From contig PGYU01000011.1 of assembly GCA_002839825.1 (NCBI GenBank), positions 3,218 through 67,217 on the forward strand: DNA of 64,000 nucleotides. Direction: 5' to 3'. This document shows positions 51,690-60,202 of the stretch, in pieces (positions within the stretch are counted from its first letter, which is position 1; every line of letters starts with the position of its first letter). This stretch comes from Ignavibacteriae bacterium HGW-Ignavibacteriae-1 (GTDB taxonomy: Bacteria; Bacteroidota; Ignavibacteria; Kapaibacteriales; UBA2268). A program made the position numbers and the translations under genes. The notes under the pieces were generated by a model that saw only the letters and a list, made by a program, of their open reading frames with translations, did no database searches and had not been told where the DNA came from.

Positions 51690-52061
51690 TTATTTTCTCT
51701 CATTAATTTCCTTTTCACATTCTTTAGCATAAAAGTGGGCAATATCATACTTAATTTGGGCATATTTCAATAATTGGTCTGTCATAAATTCAGGCTTGAC
51801 ATAGGAAGAATCTCTTCGTATTCCCGCAACTGATTCAACAGTAATTGTTCCAAACCAGAAACCTACATCTTTAGTAATGGTTACTATTGTCAAGTTTAAT
51901 GATAGTTTTAACGAATCACTAATACCAGGTTTCATTCGGAAATCTGACCACTCCAATTGGCTTTTGGACAGATAAGTAATGGTATCACCTTCGACTGCTC
52001 CGGCAGTGTAAATAACTGCCATGAATAAAACGATTAAGAGACAGGACTTTTTCATTTTCAC
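51690..52061 (-). CDS. Hypothetical secreted protein
   Basis: Signal peptide; 123 aa. Confidence 0.5.
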   Translation of the reverse strand: MKMKKSCLLIVLFMAVIYTAGAVEGDTITYLSKSQLEWSDFRMKPGISDSLKLSLNLTIVTITKDVGFWFGTITVESVAGIRRDSSYVKPEFMTDQLLKYAQIKYDIAHFYAKECEKEINERK

Positions 52062-52346
52062 TCTTTTATTGGTTATAGTTCAAACTCAACTTCTATCTTA
52101 ATTGCAGAGACTTTTTCTTAAATCACTGCCAACTCGTTTATTTACACCATACCACAAAATTCACTTTGCAAATCTAAGGAAAAAATTGGGAAATAGCAAA
52201 TTTATAGAGATGGGGAAACCCTTATTGCCTATATTAGGAGTTGGGTTCTAAAGCTTTCTGATTCACAAAAATAAAATCCGCTTGTAAAGATTTACTCTAC
52301 AACCGGATATGTACGAACTCTAAAATAAATATTTACTAATCTAATC

Positions 52347-52847
52347 TTATTGAACTGCCCAGAAGAATCCGTCAGTTACAACTATTTCTGTTTTGTCATT
52401 TGCTACGAAAGTACCACTGAAAGAGCCTTTCACTATCCCTGTATAAACGCCGCCCTCGCCCATTGTTCCTACTTCAGTAAGAGTGATTTTGGCAATGCCA
52501 CGGTCATTATCTGCAAAATACGTAGTAGCACCATGTTTGAACCATACATTATATCTTCTGTATTCATTATCACCCACAGTGTTTTCATAAGTACCTGTCT
52601 CATCGGGAAGTGTACGCAGTTGAATCCCCGTCGCATTTGGTGAAACTACAGTAAAATAGTCCCGAACGGGTGTGTGTGACAGAACCTTACATTCCATAAA
52701 GGTGAAAGATTCACCCGCAATTTTATATTGAAGCCCTTCCTTAGTAAGTGGATTGCTTTTCGTAGAAGGACCGGTTGATTCATTGTCACTACAACTCGAT
52801 AATAACAAAACAAATAGCAATACTACAATGCTTAATACTCTCTTCAT
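52347..52847 (-). CDS. Hypothetical lipoprotein
   Basis: Lipobox LLSSCSD. Confidence 0.55.
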   Translation of the reverse strand: MKRVLSIVVLLFVLLLSSCSDNESTGPSTKSNPLTKEGLQYKIAGESFTFMECKVLSHTPVRDYFTVVSPNATGIQLRTLPDETGTYENTVGDNEYRRYNVWFKHGATTYFADNDRGIAKITLTEVGTMGEGGVYTGIVKGSFSGTFVANDKTEIVVTDGFFWAVQ

Positions 52848-53382
52848 AAAATCTCCATTAAATTGTTGAGTAATAACTTATGTGGGTTCTAAAATTCATT
52901 TTATTTAAATTTTTCAGACACAAACCAGAACCCGTTTAAATCTGTGCTAAAAAAAGCACTACAAAGTTACAACTAATTTTTCAATTAATCAAAACTATCA
53001 ATATTTTTTGTGTTTGTGAAACAAGAAGCGGAGGCAGGCGTAAAATGAGTTTCATTTGAACATATTCCGGGAAATCTAATGAAATATTTGGGGATATGCA
53101 ATTTTTTGGGGGAGGGTGGGGAAGGGAGGAGAAAGTTTGGGAGAAGAAAGGAGATTGCATTAAGCAATGAACCGCCAATTTCTTGTAGCTGCTGTTAGCG
53201 GTTCGTGCTTTCTTTGCTCATTTGTCCGTATTTCTGTTTTTCATTTTGTTTTACTTACATTGCAGTAGGTCATTTTAAAATTTCTTTTCTTAATTTGGTC
53301 GACTTTACTTGCTCTTTCACAGTCCAACTTTTCAGTGAATTTCAAAAATACACCAAAGTGGTTCAGTAGTATCAAAATGAGT

Positions 53383-54147
53383 TCAACTTTCCCAGTTTCT
53401 AAAAAATCTAATTCCAAAACTAATACAACAAATTATTACAATTAAAGAACCTGCAAAAGGTTGCCAATTAATTGCTGCATCATTTATAATTATTTGAGAT
53501 TCTTCAATTAGGTGAGATGGCGAATAAACACCTGTTTTACCAAGTATCGAAACCAAACCTAATAAAAGCATAGTCATGAATGCAAGAATTCCTGCTGGTA
53601 TCTGAGTTTTCATTAAAATACTAAAAAATATTGTAATAGATTGAACAACTACTAAATAAATAAACAGAATCAAAGATATTTTAGCAAATAAAATCATCGA
53701 AAATGTTCCGAAAAATATTTTTGTATATAAAACTACAGTTAAGAAACCCACCGCCATGGAAACAAAAAGCAAGATAAACTGGGATAAAAATTTACTTAAA
53801 ATAAACAGATTTCTTGAAACAGGTTTTACTAATAAAAATGAAGCCGTGCCGTTTTCCTTTTCCCTTGCCACTGTTCCCATACTCAATAGAATAATTATAA
53901 AAACACCCATTTGAGAAATATTTTTTACAAATTGTCCAATTGCATCTTTCCAAGTGGCTTCAGGAATCTGAATTGTGATATTTTGGCCCTTTACCATTGA
54001 TGAAATAATGTCAGGCATAAATTTGGCGGTAAGTGGCGATACAATTCCAAAAAACAAAAAGACAGCAAGCAAAATTATCAATCGCGATGAACGCCACTGC
54101 TCAGTAAATTCTTTATTTATCAATACCAAAAATAGATTAGTTTTCAT
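53383..54147 (-). CDS. ABC-2 family transporter permease
   Basis: Six TM helices. Directly follows the ATPase gene. Confidence 0.7.
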   Translation of the reverse strand: MKTNLFLVLINKEFTEQWRSSRLIILLAVFLFFGIVSPLTAKFMPDIISSMVKGQNITIQIPEATWKDAIGQFVKNISQMGVFIIILLSMGTVAREKENGTASFLLVKPVSRNLFILSKFLSQFILLFVSMAVGFLTVVLYTKIFFGTFSMILFAKISLILFIYLVVVQSITIFFSILMKTQIPAGILAFMTMLLLGLVSILGKTGVYSPSHLIEESQIIINDAAINWQPFAGSLIVIICCISFGIRFFRNWES

Positions 54148-54153
54148 TCCTGT

Positions 54154-55080
54154 TTAGCGTATTAATTTTACAAAAACATCTTCAAGTCCGGCATCTTTCA
54201 TTTCAAACTTATCAATAGAAAAAATATTTGCAGAAATTATATTCAAACATTCGTGTTTAAAGCGATCAATATCTACCGAATTGATTGTTATCTTTCTATA
54301 CTCCTCATTTAAAATAAAATCCCATTTCATCCCTTTTACAATATCTATAAATGATAGAAAAGAATCAATTGATTCAAACACGATTTCAATTTGTTTAGAT
54401 GCAAAACGTTTTCTCAAATTCTGCATTTTGTCCTGTACTACTAATTGTCCTTTATCAATAATTGCCACACTATCACATATTCTTTCCACATCTGAAAGGA
54501 TATGAGTTGACATAAAAATGGTTGTATTTTGTTTCAATTCCAGAATGAATTCCAATACTTCTTTTCTACCGATTGGGTCAAGTGCAGAAGTTGGCTCATC
54601 CAAAAACAATACTTCAGGTTTTCCCATCAGAGCTTGAGCAATACCAAGTCGTTGAAGCATCCCACCTGAATAAGCTGAAATCTTTTTATTTGCAGATTCT
54701 GATAAACCTGCTAAATTCAACATTTCGTTTGCTCTTTTCTTGCTTTCTGAATTTGAAAATCCAAAAACTTTTCCAACAAACACCAACAATTCCAATCCTT
54801 TCATCCACCCATACATCTTGGGTTCCTGTCCAAGATACCCAATTTTCTTTCTAAGACTAACTGAGTTCAGCTTCACTTCTTCTCCTGCTACCATCGCTTC
54901 TCCACCTGATGGTTTCATCATCCCTGTTAGTATTTTTATTGTTGAGGTTTTCCCTGCGCCATTAGGACCGAGAAACCCAAAAACAGTATTCTTCTCAACA
55001 GATAAATCTAATCCTGAAAGAGCATATATTGAATCACCCTTATACTGTTTTTTCAGTCCACTACACTTAATCATTGTCAT
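54154..55080 (-). CDS. ABC transporter ATP-binding protein
   Basis: Walker A (GPNGAGKTS), ABC signature (YSGGMLQRLGIA) and Walker B (LFLDEPT). Confidence 0.9.
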   Translation of the reverse strand: MTMIKCSGLKKQYKGDSIYALSGLDLSVEKNTVFGFLGPNGAGKTSTIKILTGMMKPSGGEAMVAGEEVKLNSVSLRKKIGYLGQEPKMYGWMKGLELLVFVGKVFGFSNSESKKRANEMLNLAGLSESANKKISAYSGGMLQRLGIAQALMGKPEVLFLDEPTSALDPIGRKEVLEFILELKQNTTIFMSTHILSDVERICDSVAIIDKGQLVVQDKMQNLRKRFASKQIEIVFESIDSFLSFIDIVKGMKWDFILNEEYRKITINSVDIDRFKHECLNIISANIFSIDKFEMKDAGLEDVFVKLIR

Positions 55081-55273
55081 TATTTTTAATTAAAACGATA
55101 TACAAAACAGGCCCAATAAACTGAATACAAGCAAATAGTGCAAGCCAAGCCCATTTACCTATCCATTTGAATTCTTTTCTTTTTAACCAATCAGTAAGAC
55201 AATATAGGATAAGTCCTATATTGATCAGAGCTAAGGGGATAATGCCCCATAAATACATTATTTTAAATTCCAT
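55067..55273 (-). CDS. PLDc_N-domain small membrane protein (cardiolipin-synthase N-terminal-like)
   Basis: 68 aa, two TM helices. A commonly seen partner of ABC-2 operons. Overlaps the ATPase start. Confidence 0.6.
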   Translation of the reverse strand: MEFKIMYLWGIIPLALINIGLILYCLTDWLKRKEFKWIGKWAWLALFACIQFIGPVLYIVLIKNNDND

Positions 55274-55663
55274 GATTATTGATTATTATAAAATTTACAT
55301 TCAAATGATTATTTTTTTTTCTTTAGTAACATTACCAAATTTACTTGCTGTTAACAACATCAACGGTAACTCATTTATTTACGAACTCTCAATAAATGAT
55401 TTGCAAATCTAAGAAAAAAATTGTGAATTTGCAAATTTAAAGAGATGGTAAAAGGGGGAGAAAGTTTGGCAGGAGAAAGAAGATTGCATTAAGCAATGAA
55501 CCACCAATTTCTTGTAGGTGCTGTTAGAGGTTCGTGCAATTCCGTCCTTAAGATATATTTGTCAAGATTACACGAATAGTCATATCTCAAAAGAGTTTCG
55601 CCCAATTAGTACAATCTAATTAAACGCCTGTTTTAAGGAAGTTTATTTTATGTTAGCAAACGA

Positions 55664-56689
55664 CTACATAAAAGGTGCTCCTATCCTTTCGCCAATCTTT
55701 TTAGTGCCTTGCCAGCTTCCCCAGGAAGCAATAGCAATTAGTTCATTATCACCCAAGCCAACCTTTCTTATTTCATTCATATGGGCTTCAGTTATTTTAT
55801 ACGGTTCAGTCGCAATCAGTAAAATGAATTGTGCTATTACTTTTTCAGAGTGTTCAAGATCTTTTGTTACATCATCAATCCATTTGTTGCCGAACCCTTG
55901 ATTTTCTCCCGTCCATTCAGCCAAATAATTTGATACTGTTGTTTTTACTCTCAATGGGATGACCTCTTCACCAATTTGATTTATTAATTCATCAAATCCC
56001 GAAAAACTATTTTTAATATGATGGTTGGATTCTGCCCACGAAAATTCTTTTGATGCAGGGATGGAAGTCAACCATTTCAATGATTTTCCAGGTATAGCCA
56101 CAACACCTGTAATATTTACTCCAGCAGTCATTTTGAAAAATGATGATATGATTGGTGTTAACCAATGCAACAAGCTTGGTAATGGAAGAGGATACTCTGT
56201 AACAAACACACTGACCATGCGATTTACGTAATGGAAAGCAAGCGCTGTTCCAATGATTTCAGGCGATTCGATTATTGTAAATGGTGGATTCTGAATGAGC
56301 GAATTACCCCTATAATGAGATTTGCTCCATTCAAAAAGAGCGCCATGCTCTTTATCGATTTTACCTCCAGACATTTTAATGTGCGCTTCCTGACAATAAG
56401 GGCATTGATTGCTAATGGAAACACCTCCTGCAATAGCTTCTTTGGTAATGCGCTTTACCTTACCGTTGACAATTAATGATTCCCTAACCAAACTCCACAT
56501 GCCTGCCATAATCTTAGGGTTTGAAGCATGTAAAGTAAACGGAGCACCCAAGACATAATCATAGCTTATTTCATTATATATTCTTCGGACATCTCCTGCT
56601 GAATCAGAATACTTTATTGGTGTCAAAAATCTAATTGTTCGATGGACAATACTTTTAAAAATAAAATTTGAAATACTTTTAGGAATCAT
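55664..56689 (-). CDS. Carboxymuconolactone decarboxylase / AhpD-like family protein
   Basis: CxxCxxxH motif (CPYCQEAH). Confidence 0.5.
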   Translation of the reverse strand: MIPKSISNFIFKSIVHRTIRFLTPIKYSDSAGDVRRIYNEISYDYVLGAPFTLHASNPKIMAGMWSLVRESLIVNGKVKRITKEAIAGGVSISNQCPYCQEAHIKMSGGKIDKEHGALFEWSKSHYRGNSLIQNPPFTIIESPEIIGTALAFHYVNRMVSVFVTEYPLPLPSLLHWLTPIISSFFKMTAGVNITGVVAIPGKSLKWLTSIPASKEFSWAESNHHIKNSFSGFDELINQIGEEVIPLRVKTTVSNYLAEWTGENQGFGNKWIDDVTKDLEHSEKVIAQFILLIATEPYKITEAHMNEIRKVGLGDNELIAIASWGSWQGTKKIGERIGAPFM

Positions 56690-56927
56690 GTGGTATCTGT
56701 ATTATTGAGATGATTATGAAATTTTTAATTGTTTGTTGTCGTTTTGTTGTCGTTTGTTAAACCTGCTAGGATACATGCATACTTTTTAGGGTTCATACCA
56801 ACTCATTGCTTCAAGTTATAGAAATCTCTCAATACAATATACAAATCTAATAAATAATTTAATATTAACAAAATTATATTGTATTAATAACAAAATATCT
56901 CTATATATCCAAATTAATAACCCCTCT

Positions 56928-58277
56928 CTACACCCCCGATATTTTGAAGATGCCGAGCAGGATGACAAAGACTACGATTGGGATTACGAATTTGATTAGA
57001 ATTTTCCAAAGTGGGGCGAACTTGGCGAAAAGGGGGCTGCCGATTTCGAGTTCGCGGGCGGCTTTGTCGGCTCCCCACACCCAAGCAATGAAAATGCACA
57101 GTATCAGGGCGCCGATTGTCAGGAACATGTCTCCGAAAATGAAGCTCATTTGGCTCAAGAAATCGGGTGGCGACAAGCTGAGTGGGATTAGCCCGAAATT
57201 GGTGAAGAAGTCCACCGAACCTTGCGATAGCGCCGATGGCAAGCCGATGATGAACACGAATGCCGCTACGAGCCACACAATTTTAGAGCGTTTCAGATTC
57301 TTTTGGTCAACTAAGTAGGAGACCGGGACTTCGAGCAATGACATGGTCGAGGTGAGTGCTGCAATCGAAAGCAAAACGAAGAAAAAGGCGCCAACGATTG
57401 CTCCGCCCGGCATTTGCATAAATAGCTGCGGAAATACGATGAATACAAGCGCCGGACCCGATGCGGGGTTTTCGCCCATTGCAAATAGTGCGGGGAAAAT
57501 TATTAAACCCGCCATAATTGCTATTGCAGCATCTGTGAGCGCGATGATTATTGCTGCGGAAAATATATCTATGCTCTTGGGGATGTAACTGCCGAAAGTG
57601 ACCATCAGCCCCAATCCCAAACTTAGGGAGAAAAACGCCTGCCCGAGAGCCGCGAGCACGGTCTTGAAAGTGATTTTTGAAAAGTCGGGGAGAAGGTAAA
57701 ATTCCAATCCTGCGGATGAGCCCGGCAACAAATTGGCGTAAATGATTAGCCCGATGATAATCAGTAAAAGCACAGGCATTAGGATTTTCGACCACTTTTC
57801 AATGCCGCTTGCGACACCTTTGTAAACTATGAGCGTGGTCATCAAGATAAATACGGCGTACAGCCCGATTTCGATAAGTGGATTGGCAATGAAAGCCCCG
57901 AAGTCGCTTGTATCGGCTGCGATTGATTTGAAAATGAAGCCGAATGTCCAACCCGCAATTACACCGTAAAAGGATAAAATCCCGATACTTGTGATGATGC
58001 CCATAAATCCTGCAATTCGCCATTTGGTGCCGGGTTTAACCTTGTCTATTGCACCGACGGCGTTGAGTTGTGTGGCTCTGCCGAGCGAAAATTCAGCCAG
58101 CATGTAGGGCAAACCGATGAGCAGAACGAAGATGAGGTATAGCACTACGAATGCGGCACCACCATTTTCGCCAACGATATACGGATAGCGCCAGATATTG
58201 CCCAAACCTATTGCAGAGCCTGCCGCCGCCATTATAAACCCAAATTTCGAACTCCAAAGCCCACGTTCGTCTTGCAT
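56928..58277 (-). CDS. Sodium-dependent transporter, NSS/SNF family
   Basis: N-terminal WSSKFGFIMAAAGSAIGLGNIWRYPY signature; 12 TM helices. Confidence 0.9.
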   Translation of the reverse strand: MQDERGLWSSKFGFIMAAAGSAIGLGNIWRYPYIVGENGGAAFVVLYLIFVLLIGLPYMLAEFSLGRATQLNAVGAIDKVKPGTKWRIAGFMGIITSIGILSFYGVIAGWTFGFIFKSIAADTSDFGAFIANPLIEIGLYAVFILMTTLIVYKGVASGIEKWSKILMPVLLLIIIGLIIYANLLPGSSAGLEFYLLPDFSKITFKTVLAALGQAFFSLSLGLGLMVTFGSYIPKSIDIFSAAIIIALTDAAIAIMAGLIIFPALFAMGENPASGPALVFIVFPQLFMQMPGGAIVGAFFFVLLSIAALTSTMSLLEVPVSYLVDQKNLKRSKIVWLVAAFVFIIGLPSALSQGSVDFFTNFGLIPLSLSPPDFLSQMSFIFGDMFLTIGALILCIFIAWVWGADKAARELEIGSPLFAKFAPLWKILIKFVIPIVVFVILLGIFKISGV

Positions 58278-58342
58278 AATTTAATCCAAATTAGCGAAAA
58301 ATAATTCGACTAAAATAAAGATTATTGATTAATCGTGCAAAC

Positions 58343-58536
58343 TAATTGCTAATTGGGGCTTTTTGAAGTGTAGCCCATTTGTTAGAGAGCCAAATAATTC
58401 GCTGAAAAAGGTCGGTGATGTAGAGCAGTAGCGGTTTATCTTCGGCTTGGATGTCTGAATCCAAACTTAGATATTGCTTGCGGATGCGTTCCATCAAATC
58501 GCCGCGGTCGTTTGTTGCGTTGATTATGAACGTCAA
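58343..58536 (-). pseudogene. Duplicated 3'-terminal fragment of the Na/Pi cotransporter gene; a repeat of 60196..60402
   Basis: About 93% nucleotide identity to the 3' end of 60203..61807. It encodes ...INATNDRGDLMERIRKQYLSLDSDIQAEDKPLLLYITDLFQRIIWLSNKWATLQKAPISN. Confidence 0.8.
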
Positions 58537-58685
58537 ATTTGGTAGTCTTTAAAATACCGCTAACGGTCCTGGTATAGCCACAGTAGCGGATTTGCGGGCT
58601 TCGTCACTGTCCACCGCTGCAAAAGCCCACGCGGGGAAGCGAACGCAAAACTAGCACAAAACCCGCTATTGTTGGCTATACCATG

Positions 58686-59456
58686 TTAGCTGTGGTTTTT
58701 CTTTTCGTCATTCGTTAATTCTATTGTCAGTTCTGCTAAACATTGAAGTCCAATAGCTCCATCTGTCAACGGTTTGTCGCCAAAAGTGTCCAAAAACTTA
58801 TTGATTTCTTCAAGTTTAGGTTCAATTACTTTTATTATATCCTTTCGTTGTTTTGTTGAAACTCCTTCAATTAATTCATCTCTTTCAAAGTCGTCAGTAA
58901 TTGCCAAATTCTCAAACTTTAAGAGTATTTGTCTAAGGTCAGTTGGCAAGTCGGAATAGTCTGCTCCTTTGATTTTGTCTGGAAAGTTCTGTTCGATTAT
59001 TGTTTTAATTCTTTTGCCAACTTCGATTTCAGGTAAAAGGTGTCGTTTATGGTTCAATGTAAGCTGTAATGAATTTCTATAAATTGTCAGACCTTCACTG
59101 TTGTCAAAGTCAAGTGTTTTTAATTCGTCTTTGAGCATCTCAATACAGCTAATAACTTGGTCGTTTTCTGAATTGTCTGTATAGATTTTCCCAATTCCGT
59201 TTATTTCTTTAAGTTTTTTATCAGCAAAACAAACTTTGTCAGCAATGTTTATGGAAAAAAGTAATGAAGTCATGAAGGGTATTTCCAACTTTAATGAGTT
59301 AGTAAAAACCCAAATTTTAAATCTATTTTCTTTGTCGTCTTTGAATTTAAAAAGTCGTGTTGATTTGTCATTCAGATTAGGGTCAAAGAGATTTACTTCC
59401 TGACTTGTTGGCCGGAATATTTTCACCTTGTTTCGTATGTCTTGCTCTGTCTTCAT
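58686..59456 (-). CDS. Hypothetical protein, inside the insertion
   Basis: 256-aa ORF flanked by 12-13 bp inverted repeats. Confidence 0.5.
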   Translation of the reverse strand: MKTEQDIRNKVKIFRPTSQEVNLFDPNLNDKSTRLFKFKDDKENRFKIWVFTNSLKLEIPFMTSLLFSINIADKVCFADKKLKEINGIGKIYTDNSENDQVISCIEMLKDELKTLDFDNSEGLTIYRNSLQLTLNHKRHLLPEIEVGKRIKTIIEQNFPDKIKGADYSDLPTDLRQILLKFENLAITDDFERDELIEGVSTKQRKDIIKVIEPKLEEINKFLDTFGDKPLTDGAIGLQCLAELTIELTNDEKKNHS

Positions 59457-59591
59457 AAAATCACAGCTAACGTGTTCGTGTATGGAAAGTTGCGTGTTTG
59501 TGGGCGAGGATTTTCCGAAGGAAAATCGGAAGCCAGCAAAAAGGCAACCAACTTTATGCTAGCTAAAACTAGCAATTTTTTATACACGGTG

Positions 59592-60101
59592 TTAGCAAAC
59601 GTTTTTATTAGTCGGTTCAATTATTGTTTTTTTCATTCCGCTTATTAAATTCCGTTCCATTAGTTTAGTTATAAGCCAAAAAAATGGAAACAAGACAATC
59701 CATAAGCAACCAAATCCGGTATAATATCCGAAATTTTTTCCGTCAAAGCTTTTATTCCAATATACTTTTGATTGGTAGTGTTTACCGAAAAAATAAAAAT
59801 CCTTACTCGACCAGCCTTTTTCCAAAGCAGGTTTAAGAAATTCATTCAGTCGGTTTTTTTCCTTTTCGTTAAATTCCGCTTCCCAAAATTCTCCCGACCA
59901 ACCTTTCGTTTTTGGATTGTAGAATTGTACATCTCCGATTTTTTTCCAATCTTCATCAGGATAGATAAAGTCAAATCTTGTTTCGGTCAAATTATGAGTC
60001 AAACTATAAATTCCAACTTCTCCTTTTTGAGTTTTATCCTCAATTTGGAAGTCGGAAATAGGACTAAACTTCGATTCTATATATTCTTTCCAAGTATTCA
60101 C
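59592..60101 (-). CDS. Hypothetical protein, inside the insertion; GTG start
   Basis: 169-aa ORF, W/F/Y-rich with a C-terminal TM helix. Flanked by 14-bp inverted repeats. Confidence 0.5.
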   Translation of the reverse strand: MNTWKEYIESKFSPISDFQIEDKTQKGEVGIYSLTHNLTETRFDFIYPDEDWKKIGDVQFYNPKTKGWSGEFWEAEFNEKEKNRLNEFLKPALEKGWSSKDFYFFGKHYQSKVYWNKSFDGKNFGYYTGFGCLWIVLFPFFWLITKLMERNLISGMKKTIIEPTNKNVC

Positions 60102-60202
60102 TCAAATGTTTGCTAACTCATTTATTTACGTACTCTCTGTAAATGATATGCAAACATAACAAAATATTCCCAATTTTCCAAATACGCCCCTAATCCTGCA
60201 AA

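Noticed and set aside
52981-53178. Two small minus-strand ORFs (65 and 60 aa)
   Set aside because: They translate the G/C-rich 83-bp repeat region (…PPPPKNC…). A repeat-derived artefact, not a gene.
59520-59545. 8-bp stem hairpin GATTTTCC-TTC-GGAAAATC as an intrinsic terminator of 59592..60101
   Set aside because: No U-tract follows on the transcribed (minus) strand. It may still be a structural element of the cassette boundary, but a terminator call is not supported.
40800-60180. The recurring ttgcaaatctaacaaaatattt motif read as a CRISPR-like or REP array
   Set aside because: Copies are 1-2 kb apart and each sits in front of a gene. The reverse complement matches a -33 TTTG / -7 TAnnTTTG promoter rather than regularly spaced repeats with unique spacers.
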